A stretch of 64,000 bases of DNA, from positions 10,036 through 74,035 of the forward strand of contig JANRLA010000032.1 of NCBI GenBank assembly GCA_033763015.1, in the 5' to 3' direction. The notes under the pieces are model-generated. The model saw nothing but the letters and a program-made list of their open reading frames with translations. It was not told the origin of the DNA and ran no database searches. A program made the position numbers and the translations under genes. The stretch comes from Bacteroidia bacterium (lineage in GTDB: Bacteria; Bacteroidota; Bacteroidia; J057; JANRLA01). Numbering within the stretch: the first letter of the stretch is position 1; the number at the start of each line of letters is the position of its first letter. Below, piece by piece: positions 46,049 to 55,923 of this stretch.

Positions 46049-47089
46049 ATGGCAACCGACTTGGCAGCATTGGGTGAGGTAGCTTTGATTCGTCGCTTGA
46101 CCGAGGGTTTCCCGTTGGCCGAGGACGTGGTGCAAGGCGTAGGCGACGATTGCGCGGTACTGGACGTCGACGGACCCGAGGTCGTTCTTCTATCCGCTGA
46201 TTCGCTGGTAGAAGGCGTGCATTTCGACGCGCGCCTGTCGCCCATGCCCCACATAGGTTTTAAGGCCATATCGGCGGCTGTGTCAGACATCTATGCCATG
46301 AACGGCAGGCCTACCGTGGCCACTGTGAGTTGTAGCGTGAGTAGCCGCTACACCGTCGAGCACCTCGATGAACTGTACCAGGGCATACGTGCTGCCTGCG
46401 ACTACTACGGCCTTAGTCTGGTGGGAGGCGATACCACCGGTAGCCTACGCGATCTGTTTTTGTCGGTTACGGTGTTAGGCACGGCGCTGCGTGAGTCGGT
46501 GGTGTATCGCACGGGTGCCCAGAGTGGCGATGTACTCTGCCTGAGTGCCGATGTGGGTGCTGCCTATGCTGGTTTACTCTTGCTGCAACGCGAGCAGCAC
46601 GTGCTGGTAGCTAACCCTGATGCCGAGGTGCAGCTGGATGGCTACCCGCATGCACTAGGTCGTCAACTGCGGCCGGTGCCCAGCCGCGAGGTAGTCTCAG
46701 CCTGGGCCGCTGCCGGGGTGCAGCCCACTGCGTTGATCGATGTGTCCGATGGCTTGGCCAGCGAGCTTCACCACCTGGCCCGGGCTAGTCAGGTTGGTTT
46801 TCGGGTGGTTCAAGCAGAACTCCCCATTCACGACGAGACACACGCCATTGCCCAGCTCATGAACCTGCCCGTGAGCACACTGGCCTTGTACGGCGGCGAA
46901 GACTATGTGCTGCTGTACACCCTAGCGCAGCCCGACTTCAACCGGTTTCAAGACTCGCCGTTCTGCCACCCCATTGGGTTTGTGACCGATACCGCCGGTG
47001 CAGTCCGTCTCTTTCAGCCCGACGGCAGCGAGGCAGACATTGCTGCGGGGTGGTTCGATCATTTCAACACAAAACCCACAAACCGTTAA
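46049..47089 (+). CDS. thiL: thiamine-monophosphate kinase
   Basis: LGEVALIRRL....GVGDDCAVLD, the HF region and GGDTT are ThiL/AIR-synthase-like motifs. ATG 46049 is preferred over TTG 46040. Confidence 0.85.
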   Translation: MATDLAALGEVALIRRLTEGFPLAEDVVQGVGDDCAVLDVDGPEVVLLSADSLVEGVHFDARLSPMPHIGFKAISAAVSDIYAMNGRPTVATVSCSVSSRYTVEHLDELYQGIRAACDYYGLSLVGGDTTGSLRDLFLSVTVLGTALRESVVYRTGAQSGDVLCLSADVGAAYAGLLLLQREQHVLVANPDAEVQLDGYPHALGRQLRPVPSREVVSAWAAAGVQPTALIDVSDGLASELHHLARASQVGFRVVQAELPIHDETHAIAQLMNLPVSTLALYGGEDYVLLYTLAQPDFNRFQDSPFCHPIGFVTDTAGAVRLFQPDGSEADIAAGWFDHFNTKPTNR

Positions 47090-47146
47090 TACCTTCCACA
47101 GTTCGCAGACGTCGGTACTGGCGTGCGTTCTTGTGCTAGTTCTTGT

Positions 47147-50100
47147 ATGATGACCCTACGCGACCACCTGGCAGCCTTTAGAAGTGCCTACTACCGCAAC
47201 GAACTGCTGCGCGGCCTGTGGCTTACACTCGCTATAGGTTTATTCTGTGGGCTATCGATTGTTGTTCTTGAGGGCTATTTCTGGTTTTCTGGCAGCGTAC
47301 GCACTTTTTTATTTTATTCATTTTTGGCTATATTTTTGTATCTTATTTTTAAGTTTATATTTATACCTGTTTACTATCTTTATTTCGATAGTAGCCATTT
47401 GTCCGATGAAACAGCGGCTCGTATCATAGGGCGTTTCTTCCCGCATGTTTCCGATCGGCTGCTCAATGCGCTACAGCTAGACGCCTCGTCATCGCAAGGT
47501 TCAGAGCTACTACGGGCTGCTGTTGCCCGCCGCACCTCAGAGTTAGCAACACTTCCGTTTGTTCAAGCCGTAGATCGTCTGAAGCGACAGGTCGCGCTGC
47601 GGTACCTGGGGTATGCCGTAGGACTAGGGGCTTTGGCATTTGCTCTTATCCCGACCTGGGTTTCACAGGGTTCGTACCGGCTGGTCAAACACAACCAACC
47701 CTTCCAGAAGCCCGCCCCGTTTCAAGTAACTGTTGATGGGCTTGAAGCCAACTACGTTGAGCACAGCGATGTTCCGCTCGTGTTTCGGCTTTCGGGCCGC
47801 GAGTTACCCAGTGAGCTCAAATTGTACCAGCGGACTGGCGGTGAGGGCCCCTTTTACCCCGCTACCCTGCAGCGTGTTTCGGCTACAGAGTACCGCTACA
47901 CTTTCGAGCATGTTTCGCTAGCGACCGAGTTTTACCTCGCGAACGAGACTTGGCGTTCGACAGGGTTTGAGTTCGAGGTCCTGCGCCAGCCCATCACCCC
48001 TGGTTTCCGAATTCGGGTAGAATACCCCGCATATACAGGTCTAGCGCCCGACACCTTGCCGCGCAACCAGGGCGATGCCTCTGTGCTGGTAGGTAGCCGC
48101 CTTACTTGGCTATTTGATTCGCCATCTAGTACTGATACGCTTCGGCGCTGGGTATTCGGAACCTCAAGACCCGACCAGCGGCAGGTAACCCAAGCCTTGA
48201 TACGTGAGACCGAGGAGTACTACTTCGGTCTCACGTCTAACGATGGCGTACAGAACCAAGATACCATCCGCTACCGCATTACAGCCGAGCCCGATCGGTA
48301 CCCCAATCTTCGTATCATCCAACCAGTTCCTAACGAAACCCTTTCAGAATCGAACAGCCTTCGTCTGGTTGGGTTGGCCGAGGATGATTTTGGAATTGCT
48401 AAAGCCGAGGCCCGTTTTCGGGTGCTGGGGGATGGGCGCACAGATACCAGTCTCACCGTAGTACCTGTACCTATCCGGGGGGGGAAAGAGGTTAGCCTAG
48501 AGAGTATCTTTTCTCTGGCGCAGTTTTCTCTTAGGCCCGGCGACGAGCTGGAATTGGTCGTACGTGTCTACGATACCGACCGTTTCAGGGGCCCCAAGTT
48601 TACCGATAGCCCCGCCTACCGGTTACCCTACCTGCGTCGGTCGGAACAGCTTACCCAGTTCAATGCCTCGAGTGAGTCTGCGGCCAAGGACCTCGAGTCT
48701 TTGGTAGATGAGGCCCGTTCGGTCAAAGAGGCTATCGAGAACCTACAACGCAAACTGCTCGACAAGAAGTCGCTGAGTTACGATGACCGTCAGGAGCTTC
48801 AACGTTTGCTCAATCGGCAGCAAGAGTTACAGGAAGACATCCAGAAGACCGAGCAGCTGCTACAGCGACAACAGCAGCGCGGGAATAGCCAGCAAGTGCT
48901 CGATCCTCAGAGCACAGAGGAGCTTGAACAGCTGCAGGATTTTCTGAAGCAGACCCAAGACCCCGACTACAAAGAGTTTGTCAAAGAGCTCCAGGAGAAC
49001 CTGGAGCGGTATTCCAACCGCAGCCTACAAAACCTGTTGCGTCAGCTCACAGAACAGAACCTCACCCAACAACAGCAGTTAGAACGCACACTCGAGCTGT
49101 ACCGCCAGTGGCAGGCCAAGCAAAAGACCAACGAAGTACTTGAGCGGATTCGCAACCAGCGTGAGCGCCAGCAGCAACTCCAGAACCAGACGGAGGATGC
49201 CCGTACACCCGAAGAAGCCCAAGATCTGGCCCGGCGGCAAGAAGAGCTCGCAAAGGAAGCCGAAGCCTTGCAGAAGGAGTTAGAGCGCCTCGAGGAGCTC
49301 AAGTCTGCAACCCAGTCACCCGAGCAAGCAGCTCTCGATAGCCTGCAGCAGCTCAATGAGGAGGTGAAGCAAGCACAAGAAGAAAGTACAGAGCAGCTCG
49401 ACCAGGGCAAGCCCCGGCAATCGAGCAAGACCCAAGAAGGCGCCTTGCAAAAGCTCGATCAGATGGAGCAGCGGCTTAGCCAAATGCAGAGCCAGCAGGA
49501 GCAGCAGCAAGCCGAGGAGAATTACGAAAACCTGCGCATGTTACTTGAGAACCTGTTGGCGCTTTCGTTTGACCAAGAGCGGCTTAGGGACGAGATCAGC
49601 CAGTTGCGGTTCAACGATCCCGCGATGAACGCGAAGGTCCAGCAGCAGAACAAACTTCGCGACGACATGCAGGTCATTGACGATAGCCTTGTCGCACTTA
49701 GCAAACGAGTCATTCAGATTAAGCCACTGGTGCTGGAGGAGCTGCAGTCTATCCGGCGCAGCATGCGCCTGTCGGTCGAAGACCTGGCCGAGAAGCAACT
49801 CTCACGGGCCGCTGCCAACCAGCACCAGGTGATGACAAGCCTGAATACTCTCGCCAATCTGATGGTTGAAAGCCTGACCGAATTGCAAGATCAAATCAAC
49901 CAGATGCGTAGCGGCCAGGGCAAACCCCGACCCAAGGGCAACCCCAGTTTGGGCCAGCTTATACAGCAGCAAATGGAGCTCAACCAAGAGCTACTGGAAC
50001 AGTTGCAGCGTGGTGAAGGCCAGCTAAGCCCAGAACAACAGGCGCAATTGGCCCAGGAGCAAGAGGCTATCCGGCGCCAGCTTCAGGAACTTTACCAGAA

Positions 50101-50452
50101 GCTTCAGAATGGCGAGGGTAGCGGTGGGCTTCAGAAAGCATTGGAGGAGATGGCCGAAACCGAGGCAGAACTCCGCGCCAAAGAGCTGGGTGCCGAGACG
50201 CTCGAGCGCCAGCAACGCGTACTGAATAGGCTACTGGATTACGACAAAAGCATCCGGGAACAGGAGTGGGATACCCAGCGACAATCAGACGCAGGCACCA
50301 CGGGTAAGGGTACCACCCCCGCCGAGTGGGACGCCCAGGCCGTTGAGCGCGCCCGTCAAGCCGAGCTCCTTCGGGTGCGTCGGCTTCGGTATGCGGGTTA
50401 TTACCAGTCTCTCATTGATGCCTACTACAACCGCATTGGCCCACAACAGTAA
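47147..50452 (+). CDS. giant membrane-anchored coiled-coil protein (DUF4175-like)
   Basis: ATG 47147. It has two N-terminal TM helices encoded by a very AT-rich stretch (47270-47400), a central beta-rich region, and then about 450 aa of Q/E/L-rich coiled coil. The size and layout recall Bacteroidota DUF4175 proteins, from memory. Confidence 0.7.
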   Translation: MMTLRDHLAAFRSAYYRNELLRGLWLTLAIGLFCGLSIVVLEGYFWFSGSVRTFLFYSFLAIFLYLIFKFIFIPVYYLYFDSSHLSDETAARIIGRFFPHVSDRLLNALQLDASSSQGSELLRAAVARRTSELATLPFVQAVDRLKRQVALRYLGYAVGLGALAFALIPTWVSQGSYRLVKHNQPFQKPAPFQVTVDGLEANYVEHSDVPLVFRLSGRELPSELKLYQRTGGEGPFYPATLQRVSATEYRYTFEHVSLATEFYLANETWRSTGFEFEVLRQPITPGFRIRVEYPAYTGLAPDTLPRNQGDASVLVGSRLTWLFDSPSSTDTLRRWVFGTSRPDQRQVTQALIRETEEYYFGLTSNDGVQNQDTIRYRITAEPDRYPNLRIIQPVPNETLSESNSLRLVGLAEDDFGIAKAEARFRVLGDGRTDTSLTVVPVPIRGGKEVSLESIFSLAQFSLRPGDELELVVRVYDTDRFRGPKFTDSPAYRLPYLRRSEQLTQFNASSESAAKDLESLVDEARSVKEAIENLQRKLLDKKSLSYDDRQELQRLLNRQQELQEDIQKTEQLLQRQQQRGNSQQVLDPQSTEELEQLQDFLKQTQDPDYKEFVKELQENLERYSNRSLQNLLRQLTEQNLTQQQQLERTLELYRQWQAKQKTNEVLERIRNQRERQQQLQNQTEDARTPEEAQDLARRQEELAKEAEALQKELERLEELKSATQSPEQAALDSLQQLNEEVKQAQEESTEQLDQGKPRQSSKTQEGALQKLDQMEQRLSQMQSQQEQQQAEENYENLRMLLENLLALSFDQERLRDEISQLRFNDPAMNAKVQQQNKLRDDMQVIDDSLVALSKRVIQIKPLVLEELQSIRRSMRLSVEDLAEKQLSRAAANQHQVMTSLNTLANLMVESLTELQDQINQMRSGQGKPRPKGNPSLGQLIQQQMELNQELLEQLQRGEGQLSPEQQAQLAQEQEAIRRQLQELYQKLQNGEGSGGLQKALEEMAETEAELRAKELGAETLERQQRVLNRLLDYDKSIREQEWDTQRQSDAGTTGKGTTPAEWDAQAVERARQAELLRVRRLRYAGYYQSLIDAYYNRIGPQQ

Positions 50453-50453
50453 G

Positions 50454-50876
50454 ATGGTTGCCTACGACTACTACGACACCGGCTTCCGCCTAGACTTGGC
50501 CGATGAGACCGAACGCTGGCTGCTTACCGTTGCTACTCACCATGGCCGGCACGTGGGCCAGCTTACGTACATCTTTACCAGCCGCGAGCACCACCGGTAC
50601 CTGAATGAAAAGTACCTCTCGCACACCGACGACACCGACATCTTGACCTTCGATTACAGCGAGGGGCCCACCAGCCCAGTCGTAGCCGATGTGTTCATTA
50701 GCATTGACCAAGTAAAGGACAATGCCCGTGAGTTTACCGTACCCTTTGTAGACGAGCTACACCGGGTGATGGTGCACGGCTTGTTGCACCTGATGGGCTA
50801 TGACGACCATTCGCCCACCGATAAAGCACGGATGCAGCAGCAAGAGGACCTCGCCCTAAACCTCCGTCTGTTCTAG
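50454..50876 (+). CDS. ybeY: rRNA maturation RNase YbeY
   Basis: 140 aa. It has the zinc motif HGLLHLMGYDH. The start at ATG 50454 lies directly after the upstream stop. Confidence 0.9.
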   Translation: MVAYDYYDTGFRLDLADETERWLLTVATHHGRHVGQLTYIFTSREHHRYLNEKYLSHTDDTDILTFDYSEGPTSPVVADVFISIDQVKDNAREFTVPFVDELHRVMVHGLLHLMGYDDHSPTDKARMQQQEDLALNLRLF

Positions 50877-50880
50877 TGAC

Positions 50881-50938
50881 GTTCCACGTGGAACAGGCTA
50901 CCGCGCTGACCTAGGGGGCGTTCCACGTGGAACGCCCC
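50881..50938. promoter_or_regulatory. two copies of the 14-bp palindrome GTTCCACGTGGAAC
   Basis: The copies lie at 50881-50894 and 50920-50933, a 39-bp centre-to-centre spacing. The second extends to a perfect 10-bp stem with a 4-nt loop, GGGGCGTTCC-ACGT-GGAACGCCCC (50915-50938). Confidence 0.5.
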
Positions 50939-50989
50939 ACCCCACCCCACCCCAGCCCCGCACGCCTGCTCCACCCCGCCCCCAAGCCG

Positions 50990-50997
50990 TACCTTTG
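50990..50997 (+). promoter_or_regulatory. candidate Bacteroidota-type -7 promoter element
   Basis: TACCTTTG matches the TAnnTTTG consensus exactly and ends 7 nt before the mnmG ATG (51005). No clear -33 TTG was identified. Confidence 0.3.
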
Positions 50998-51004
50998 CTG
51001 TGGT

Positions 51005-52885
51005 ATGACAACCCGCAACACCACTTCTACCCACTACGACGTCATTGTGGTAGGCGCAGGCCATGCGGGCTGCGAGGCTGCCGCTGCCGCCGCACACCTG
51101 GGCTGCCGTGTGCTGCTGGCCACCATGAACCTGCAGACCATTGCCCAGATGTCGTGCAACCCAGCGATGGGCGGCGTGGCCAAGGGCCAAATCCTGCGCG
51201 AAATCGATGCCCTGGGGGGCTATTCGGGCATCGTGACCGACGAGACGATGCTCCAATTTCGGATGCTCAACCGCTCGAAGGGCCCCGCGATGTGGAGCCC
51301 CCGGGCCCAGAGCGACCGGATGCGCTTTGCCGAAACCTGGCGCCTGAAACTCGAAAGCCTACCAACCCTGCATTTCTGGCAAGACCGCGTCGAGGCCCTG
51401 CACATTGAGGGCCGTCGGGTAACGGGCATCCGTACCGCGACGGGCCACTCCTTTTTTGCTACCACCGTCGTGCTCACCAACGGCACGTTCCTCAATGGCG
51501 TGCTGCACACGGGCCGGGTAAACTACAGTGGTGGCCGTGCCGGCGAGGCAGCGGCTACCGGCATTACCGAGCAGCTCAGGGCCCATGGTTTTGAGACCGG
51601 TCGCATGAAGACCGGCACCCCACCCCGCATCGACGGCCGTTCGATCGACTACAGCCAGCTCGAAGTCCAACCCGGCGACACCCCGGCTGGGCGCTTCTCG
51701 TTTACCGACACCCCACCGCTCACCCGGCAGCTGCCCTGCTACATTGGGTACACCAACCCTATGGTGCACGCCATTCTGGGCGAGGGTTTTGCCGACAGCC
51801 CCATGTTCAGTGGCCGCATTCAAGGCACCGGCCCGCGCTACTGCCCCTCGATCGAGGACAAAGTGGTGCGCTTCGCCGAGCGCGAACGCCACCAGCTTTT
51901 TGTCGAGCCCGAGGGCTGGCAGACCATCGAGGTGTACCTGAACGGGTTCTCGACGAGCCTGCCCGCCGAGGTGCAACAGCGTGCGTTGGAGGCCATCCCG
52001 GGGTTTGCCGGCGCTCGGATGTTCCGGCCGGGCTACGCCATCGAGTACGACTACTTCCCGCCCCACCAATTGCGGCTCACGCTCGAGACCCAACCTCTCG
52101 AAAACCTGTACTTCGCCGGCCAGATCAACGGCACCACGGGCTACGAAGAGGCGGCCGCCCAGGGGCTGATGGCGGGGCTGAACGCTGGCCTACGCGCCTT
52201 GGGCCGCGAGCCGGTGGTCTTGGGCCGTGACCAGGCCTACATTGGCGTTCTTATCGACGACCTGATTACGAAAGGTACCGACGAGCCGTACCGGATGTTC
52301 ACCTCACGGGCAGAGCACCGCATCTTGCTTCGGCAAGACAACGCTGACCTGCGCCTCACCGAGCTGGGTCACCAGGCCGGGCTGGTCACCGAAGACCGCT
52401 ACGCCCGCTACCAGGCCAAGGTGGCGGCGCTAACCGCGCTCGACCAGGCCCTAGATGCCGTAGACCTCGCACCCGAAGCTGTCAACGGCCAACTGGCCCT
52501 GCTCGGGACGGCGCCCATCGCGCAAAAGACCAAGGCGCGCACCCTGCTGGCCCGGCCACAGGTAACCCTGCCCGACCTGGCCGCCCTGCACCCCACCCTG
52601 GCCCAGGCCCTCACCACATCGGGCCCCGAAGTGGCCGAGCAGCTCGAAATCCAGGTGAAGTACGCCGGCTACATCGCCAAAGAAGCCGAGCTCGTAGCCA
52701 AGATGCGTCGGCTGGAAGACACCCCCTTACCCGAAGCGTTCGACTACGAGCGCCTGACATCGCTAAGCAATGAGGCACGCACCAAACTGGCCCGTATCAA
52801 ACCCACCAGCATCGGCCAGGCATCGCGCATCAGTGGCGTTAGCCCTTCCGACATCTCGGTCCTCCTCGTTCACCTGGGTCGCTAG
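51005..52885 (+). CDS. mnmG: tRNA uridine 5-carboxymethylaminomethyl modification enzyme MnmG (GidA)
   Basis: ATG 51005. YDVIVVGAGHAGCEAA is the FAD fold. GPRYCPSIEDK, NGTTGYEEAAAQG and the C-terminal ISGVSPSDISVLLVHL are also present. Confidence 0.95.
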   Translation: MTTRNTTSTHYDVIVVGAGHAGCEAAAAAAHLGCRVLLATMNLQTIAQMSCNPAMGGVAKGQILREIDALGGYSGIVTDETMLQFRMLNRSKGPAMWSPRAQSDRMRFAETWRLKLESLPTLHFWQDRVEALHIEGRRVTGIRTATGHSFFATTVVLTNGTFLNGVLHTGRVNYSGGRAGEAAATGITEQLRAHGFETGRMKTGTPPRIDGRSIDYSQLEVQPGDTPAGRFSFTDTPPLTRQLPCYIGYTNPMVHAILGEGFADSPMFSGRIQGTGPRYCPSIEDKVVRFAERERHQLFVEPEGWQTIEVYLNGFSTSLPAEVQQRALEAIPGFAGARMFRPGYAIEYDYFPPHQLRLTLETQPLENLYFAGQINGTTGYEEAAAQGLMAGLNAGLRALGREPVVLGRDQAYIGVLIDDLITKGTDEPYRMFTSRAEHRILLRQDNADLRLTELGHQAGLVTEDRYARYQAKVAALTALDQALDAVDLAPEAVNGQLALLGTAPIAQKTKARTLLARPQVTLPDLAALHPTLAQALTTSGPEVAEQLEIQVKYAGYIAKEAELVAKMRRLEDTPLPEAFDYERLTSLSNEARTKLARIKPTSIGQASRISGVSPSDISVLLVHLGR

Positions 52886-54491
52886 TGCGCTGATCGGTGT
52901 GGCCGCCCTCGTTGCGGCAGGCTGCGCGACGGTGAAGGCCCCCGAGGGGGGCGCCCGAGACCGCGTAGGCCCACAACTTGTAGCCGTAGACCCCCCCGCC
53001 GGAGGGCTGCTGTTCCGTGCACGCAAGGTGGTATTCACCTTCGACGAGCACCTGCGGGTCAACCTTACCGCACGCGACCTGTTCCTTTCGCCACGGCCCG
53101 AAGGTGTGTTTGAGGCCTACCCACTCGGTAAAAAGCTGGTCGTTCGCCTACCCGAGCGCCTGGCCCCCAACCGCACCTATGTACTCACCCTCACGCAGGC
53201 GGTAAAAGACTTCCACGAGGGCAATTCGCTGGCCCGTTCTATCGCCTACCCCTTTTCTACGGGCGAGGTGCTCGATTCGCTGTCGTTTCGTGGCCAGGTG
53301 CTCGACATAACTAGCGGCGCCCCCAAGTTCGGTTACCTCGTTGGCCTCTACGAAGCCGACAGTGTCGCGGGCGAGGCGTACGCCAAGCGTAGACCGACCT
53401 ACCTGGCCCAGACCGATAGCCAGGGTGTCTTTGTCTTTGGTTTTCTGGCCCCGGGCCGTTACCGCGTGCTGGGCTTTGCCGATGCCGACCAGTCGTTTGC
53501 CTGGAGCGGGCCCAGCGAGCCTGTGGCGCTCGACGACCTCGACGACCTTATCCTTAGTGCCGAGGCGGCCCCCGAGATCCGCGCGCTGGTCGTCACCACG
53601 CTTGATACGCTGCGGCCCCTGCTTACCGGGGTGCGCGAGCTCAATGCCACCACGTTCCGGCTCGACTTTTCAGAGCCCCTGCGCACCCTTGCCGTCGGCT
53701 ACCGCGATAGCACCTGGGCCTACCACGCCGACAGCCTGTATGCCCCCTTTTACCGCGACACCACCTCGGCCATCGTCCTGGGCCTACCCACCCCACCCCC
53801 GTCCGATTCGTTTGCCGTACGCCTGCAGGCCACCGATACCCTGGGCAACGCCCTCGATAGCCTACTGTGGCTGCGACGACCCGACACGACGCTCACCGAC
53901 TACCTGGGCCTCTACCTCGGCCCCGAGCAGCCCAACCCCCACGACCAGCGCTTTTACCTTACCGACTACCTAGACCCCGACAGCCTGCAGGCTCACCTCG
54001 TGCTCCGCGACACGGCGGGTGCGGCCATCCCCTACACCTTCCGCCTCACCGAGCACCGGCTTACGGTAACCCTGCCCCCGGGCCTAGACCCCAAGCAACC
54101 CTACGAACTGGCTTTCGATTCCCTGCTGGTCTCGCGCAGCGGCTACCGGCTTGAGCGGCCCAAGGTGTACGCGCTACAGGCCCCCCGACCCGAACAGTAC
54201 GGCACCCTCTCGGGCGCGGTCGAGACCGAGGCGCCCAACCTCGTCGTAGAGCTGCTCCGGTCGGGGGCTGTGGTGCGCCGCAGCCGAGGGCCGGCCTTTC
54301 GGTACACCTTTTTGCCGCCAGGCACCTACTACCTGCGGGTGTTCGAGGACCAAGACGCCGACGGCCGCTACACGCCGGGGCGGCTTTTCCCCAAGCGCCT
54401 CTCCGAGCCCATCTACCGCTACCCTGCACCCATTGTCGTCCGGGCCAACTGGGACACCGAGGGCCATACCGTAACCTACCCCCCCAACTAG
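52833..54491 (+). CDS. Ig-like-domain lipoprotein (SbsA/BIG-type N-terminal domain)
   Basis: It has the lipobox-like ALIGVAALVAAGC, then RDRVGPQLVAVDPPAGGLLFRARKVVFTFDEHL, which is typical of Ig-like surface-protein domains. The start is uncertain: GTG 52833 is proposed, while ATG 52770 would overlap mnmG by 116 nt. Confidence 0.6.
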   Translation: MALALPTSRSSSFTWVASALIGVAALVAAGCATVKAPEGGARDRVGPQLVAVDPPAGGLLFRARKVVFTFDEHLRVNLTARDLFLSPRPEGVFEAYPLGKKLVVRLPERLAPNRTYVLTLTQAVKDFHEGNSLARSIAYPFSTGEVLDSLSFRGQVLDITSGAPKFGYLVGLYEADSVAGEAYAKRRPTYLAQTDSQGVFVFGFLAPGRYRVLGFADADQSFAWSGPSEPVALDDLDDLILSAEAAPEIRALVVTTLDTLRPLLTGVRELNATTFRLDFSEPLRTLAVGYRDSTWAYHADSLYAPFYRDTTSAIVLGLPTPPPSDSFAVRLQATDTLGNALDSLLWLRRPDTTLTDYLGLYLGPEQPNPHDQRFYLTDYLDPDSLQAHLVLRDTAGAAIPYTFRLTEHRLTVTLPPGLDPKQPYELAFDSLLVSRSGYRLERPKVYALQAPRPEQYGTLSGAVETEAPNLVVELLRSGAVVRRSRGPAFRYTFLPPGTYYLRVFEDQDADGRYTPGRLFPKRLSEPIYRYPAPIVVRANWDTEGHTVTYPPN

Positions 54492-54964
54492 GTGTACCCA
54501 ATGGGCCCGTGGCCCAGCAGTTGGTGGATGACCGACAGCTGGCCAATGTGGTAGCTCTCGTGCTGCAACCAGAACGCCAGCAGCCCCCGCTGCGTCTGCT
54601 CGCCCGTGGGCAAGGTATAGGGTGCCGGGGCGTCGAGGACTTCGAGTGGCAGTTGAAGTACCGCCGCCTCTACCTGGGGTGCGACGACCTTCCAGTCTTC
54701 GAGTAGCGCAGAGATAAGCGGGTATTGCGTGCTGGCCGTCAGGGCTTTACCAGCGCCATAAGCCGCAGCAAAGGCAAAGGGCCCTGCCTGGCCGCTCCAC
54801 GCCGCCAGCATCTCGTAGCGCGAGGCCAACACGTGCCCTGCCACCCAGTGCGCGGGGTTGATGGCGGGGTGCACCAGCGCGGTGCCCTGCTCGTCGGTGA
54901 TGTCGCGCACGGCGCGCACAAACAGCTTACCATTGAGCTGGAGCTGTCGCTGCGCCACACGCAT
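54488..54964 (-). CDS. DinB family protein
   Basis: It has four-helix-bundle His motifs (HWVAGHVLASR, LQHESYHIGQL). ATG 54964 is preferred over TTG 54997. Confidence 0.75.
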   Translation of the reverse strand: MRVAQRQLQLNGKLFVRAVRDITDEQGTALVHPAINPAHWVAGHVLASRYEMLAAWSGQAGPFAFAAAYGAGKALTASTQYPLISALLEDWKVVAPQVEAAVLQLPLEVLDAPAPYTLPTGEQTQRGLLAFWLQHESYHIGQLSVIHQLLGHGPIGYT

Positions 54965-55087
54965 TACTTCGGGTACTACCACGGGCGTAAGTAACAACTG
55001 CGCCGTGGCATGGCAGGTTAGCCAAGGGTTACGAAACGCAAACGCCCAGCTGTTAGGGCCGGGCGTGCGCGGTAGGGTGCAGACGTA

Positions 55088-55645
55088 CTAGCGCTCGTTG
55101 AGCGGCGTGGGCAGCTGGGCTACTGCGGGCCAGTCGATCGGCGTGTTGCTCAGGTGGTTCAGGTAGTTGTTCATGGTGTTCAGGGCAATGAAGCCCACCA
55201 GCTCGACCACAGCGTCGTGCCCAAAGCCCTGGGCATAGAAGTTCTGCACGGCGGCCTCTGAGGGGTAACCGCGCTTCTCGACGATTTCGCGCGTCAGGCG
55301 TGCAATGGCCTCGATCTTGGCGTCGGGGTGGCCGCCGAAGCGCACCTGCTCGGTAGCCTCTTTGCTAAAGCCCAGGCTTTGCAGGATGGCACTGTGGGCC
55401 GAGATACAGTAGTGGCACGCATTGGCTTCTGAGGCCGCGAGCTTGATCACCTCGCCGTGCTTGAAGTCGAAGTTGCCTTTTTCGAGCGCGGTGCCGAAGT
55501 CGAGGTTGGCCTGCAGCCCGATGGCCGAGTTGCCAATCACGCTGTAAAGGTTGGGTAGGCGGCCCACCATCTTGGTGATGGCTTGGAAGAGGGGCTTGGT
55601 GGCCTCGGGGGCCGTTTCCAGGGTTAGTACGCCAGGCGTTTGCAT
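55088..55645 (-). CDS. carboxymuconolactone decarboxylase / AhpD-like alkylhydroperoxidase family protein
   Basis: SEANACHYCISAHS contains the CxxC-type AhpD motif. ATG 55645 is preferred over the TTG at 55693. Confidence 0.8.
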   Translation of the reverse strand: MQTPGVLTLETAPEATKPLFQAITKMVGRLPNLYSVIGNSAIGLQANLDFGTALEKGNFDFKHGEVIKLAASEANACHYCISAHSAILQSLGFSKEATEQVRFGGHPDAKIEAIARLTREIVEKRGYPSEAAVQNFYAQGFGHDAVVELVGFIALNTMNNYLNHLSNTPIDWPAVAQLPTPLNER

Positions 55646-55923
55646 GGGGTGTGGGGTTGGTGGTAAGGGTTGGTTATGTGTTTGAACAGACAACCAAACC
55701 CCACCCCGCGCCGTTCAATGTTTGAACACCCATGCTGTGAATGGGTCGTTAAGGGCTACTTGGGACGCGCTTTGGTTTTCAAAGTGCTTTGGAAATGCAG
55801 AAAGGCATTAGCAAGTTTGAATAATCATTCGCTTGTACGCTTGCTGGTATTTAGAAGATTTTCAAGTAACTACGTCCAGACAACGGCCAATTAGCTTTCA
55901 GACTATTCCCAAGACGATTAGCT

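Noticed and set aside
50873-51256. A 127-aa minus-strand ORF and the N-terminal extension of mnmG (50927..51004), both covering the palindromes.
   Set aside because: The repeated peptide FHVE merely reflects translation of the palindrome. MnmG homology begins at ATG 51005, directly before the FAD-binding motif.
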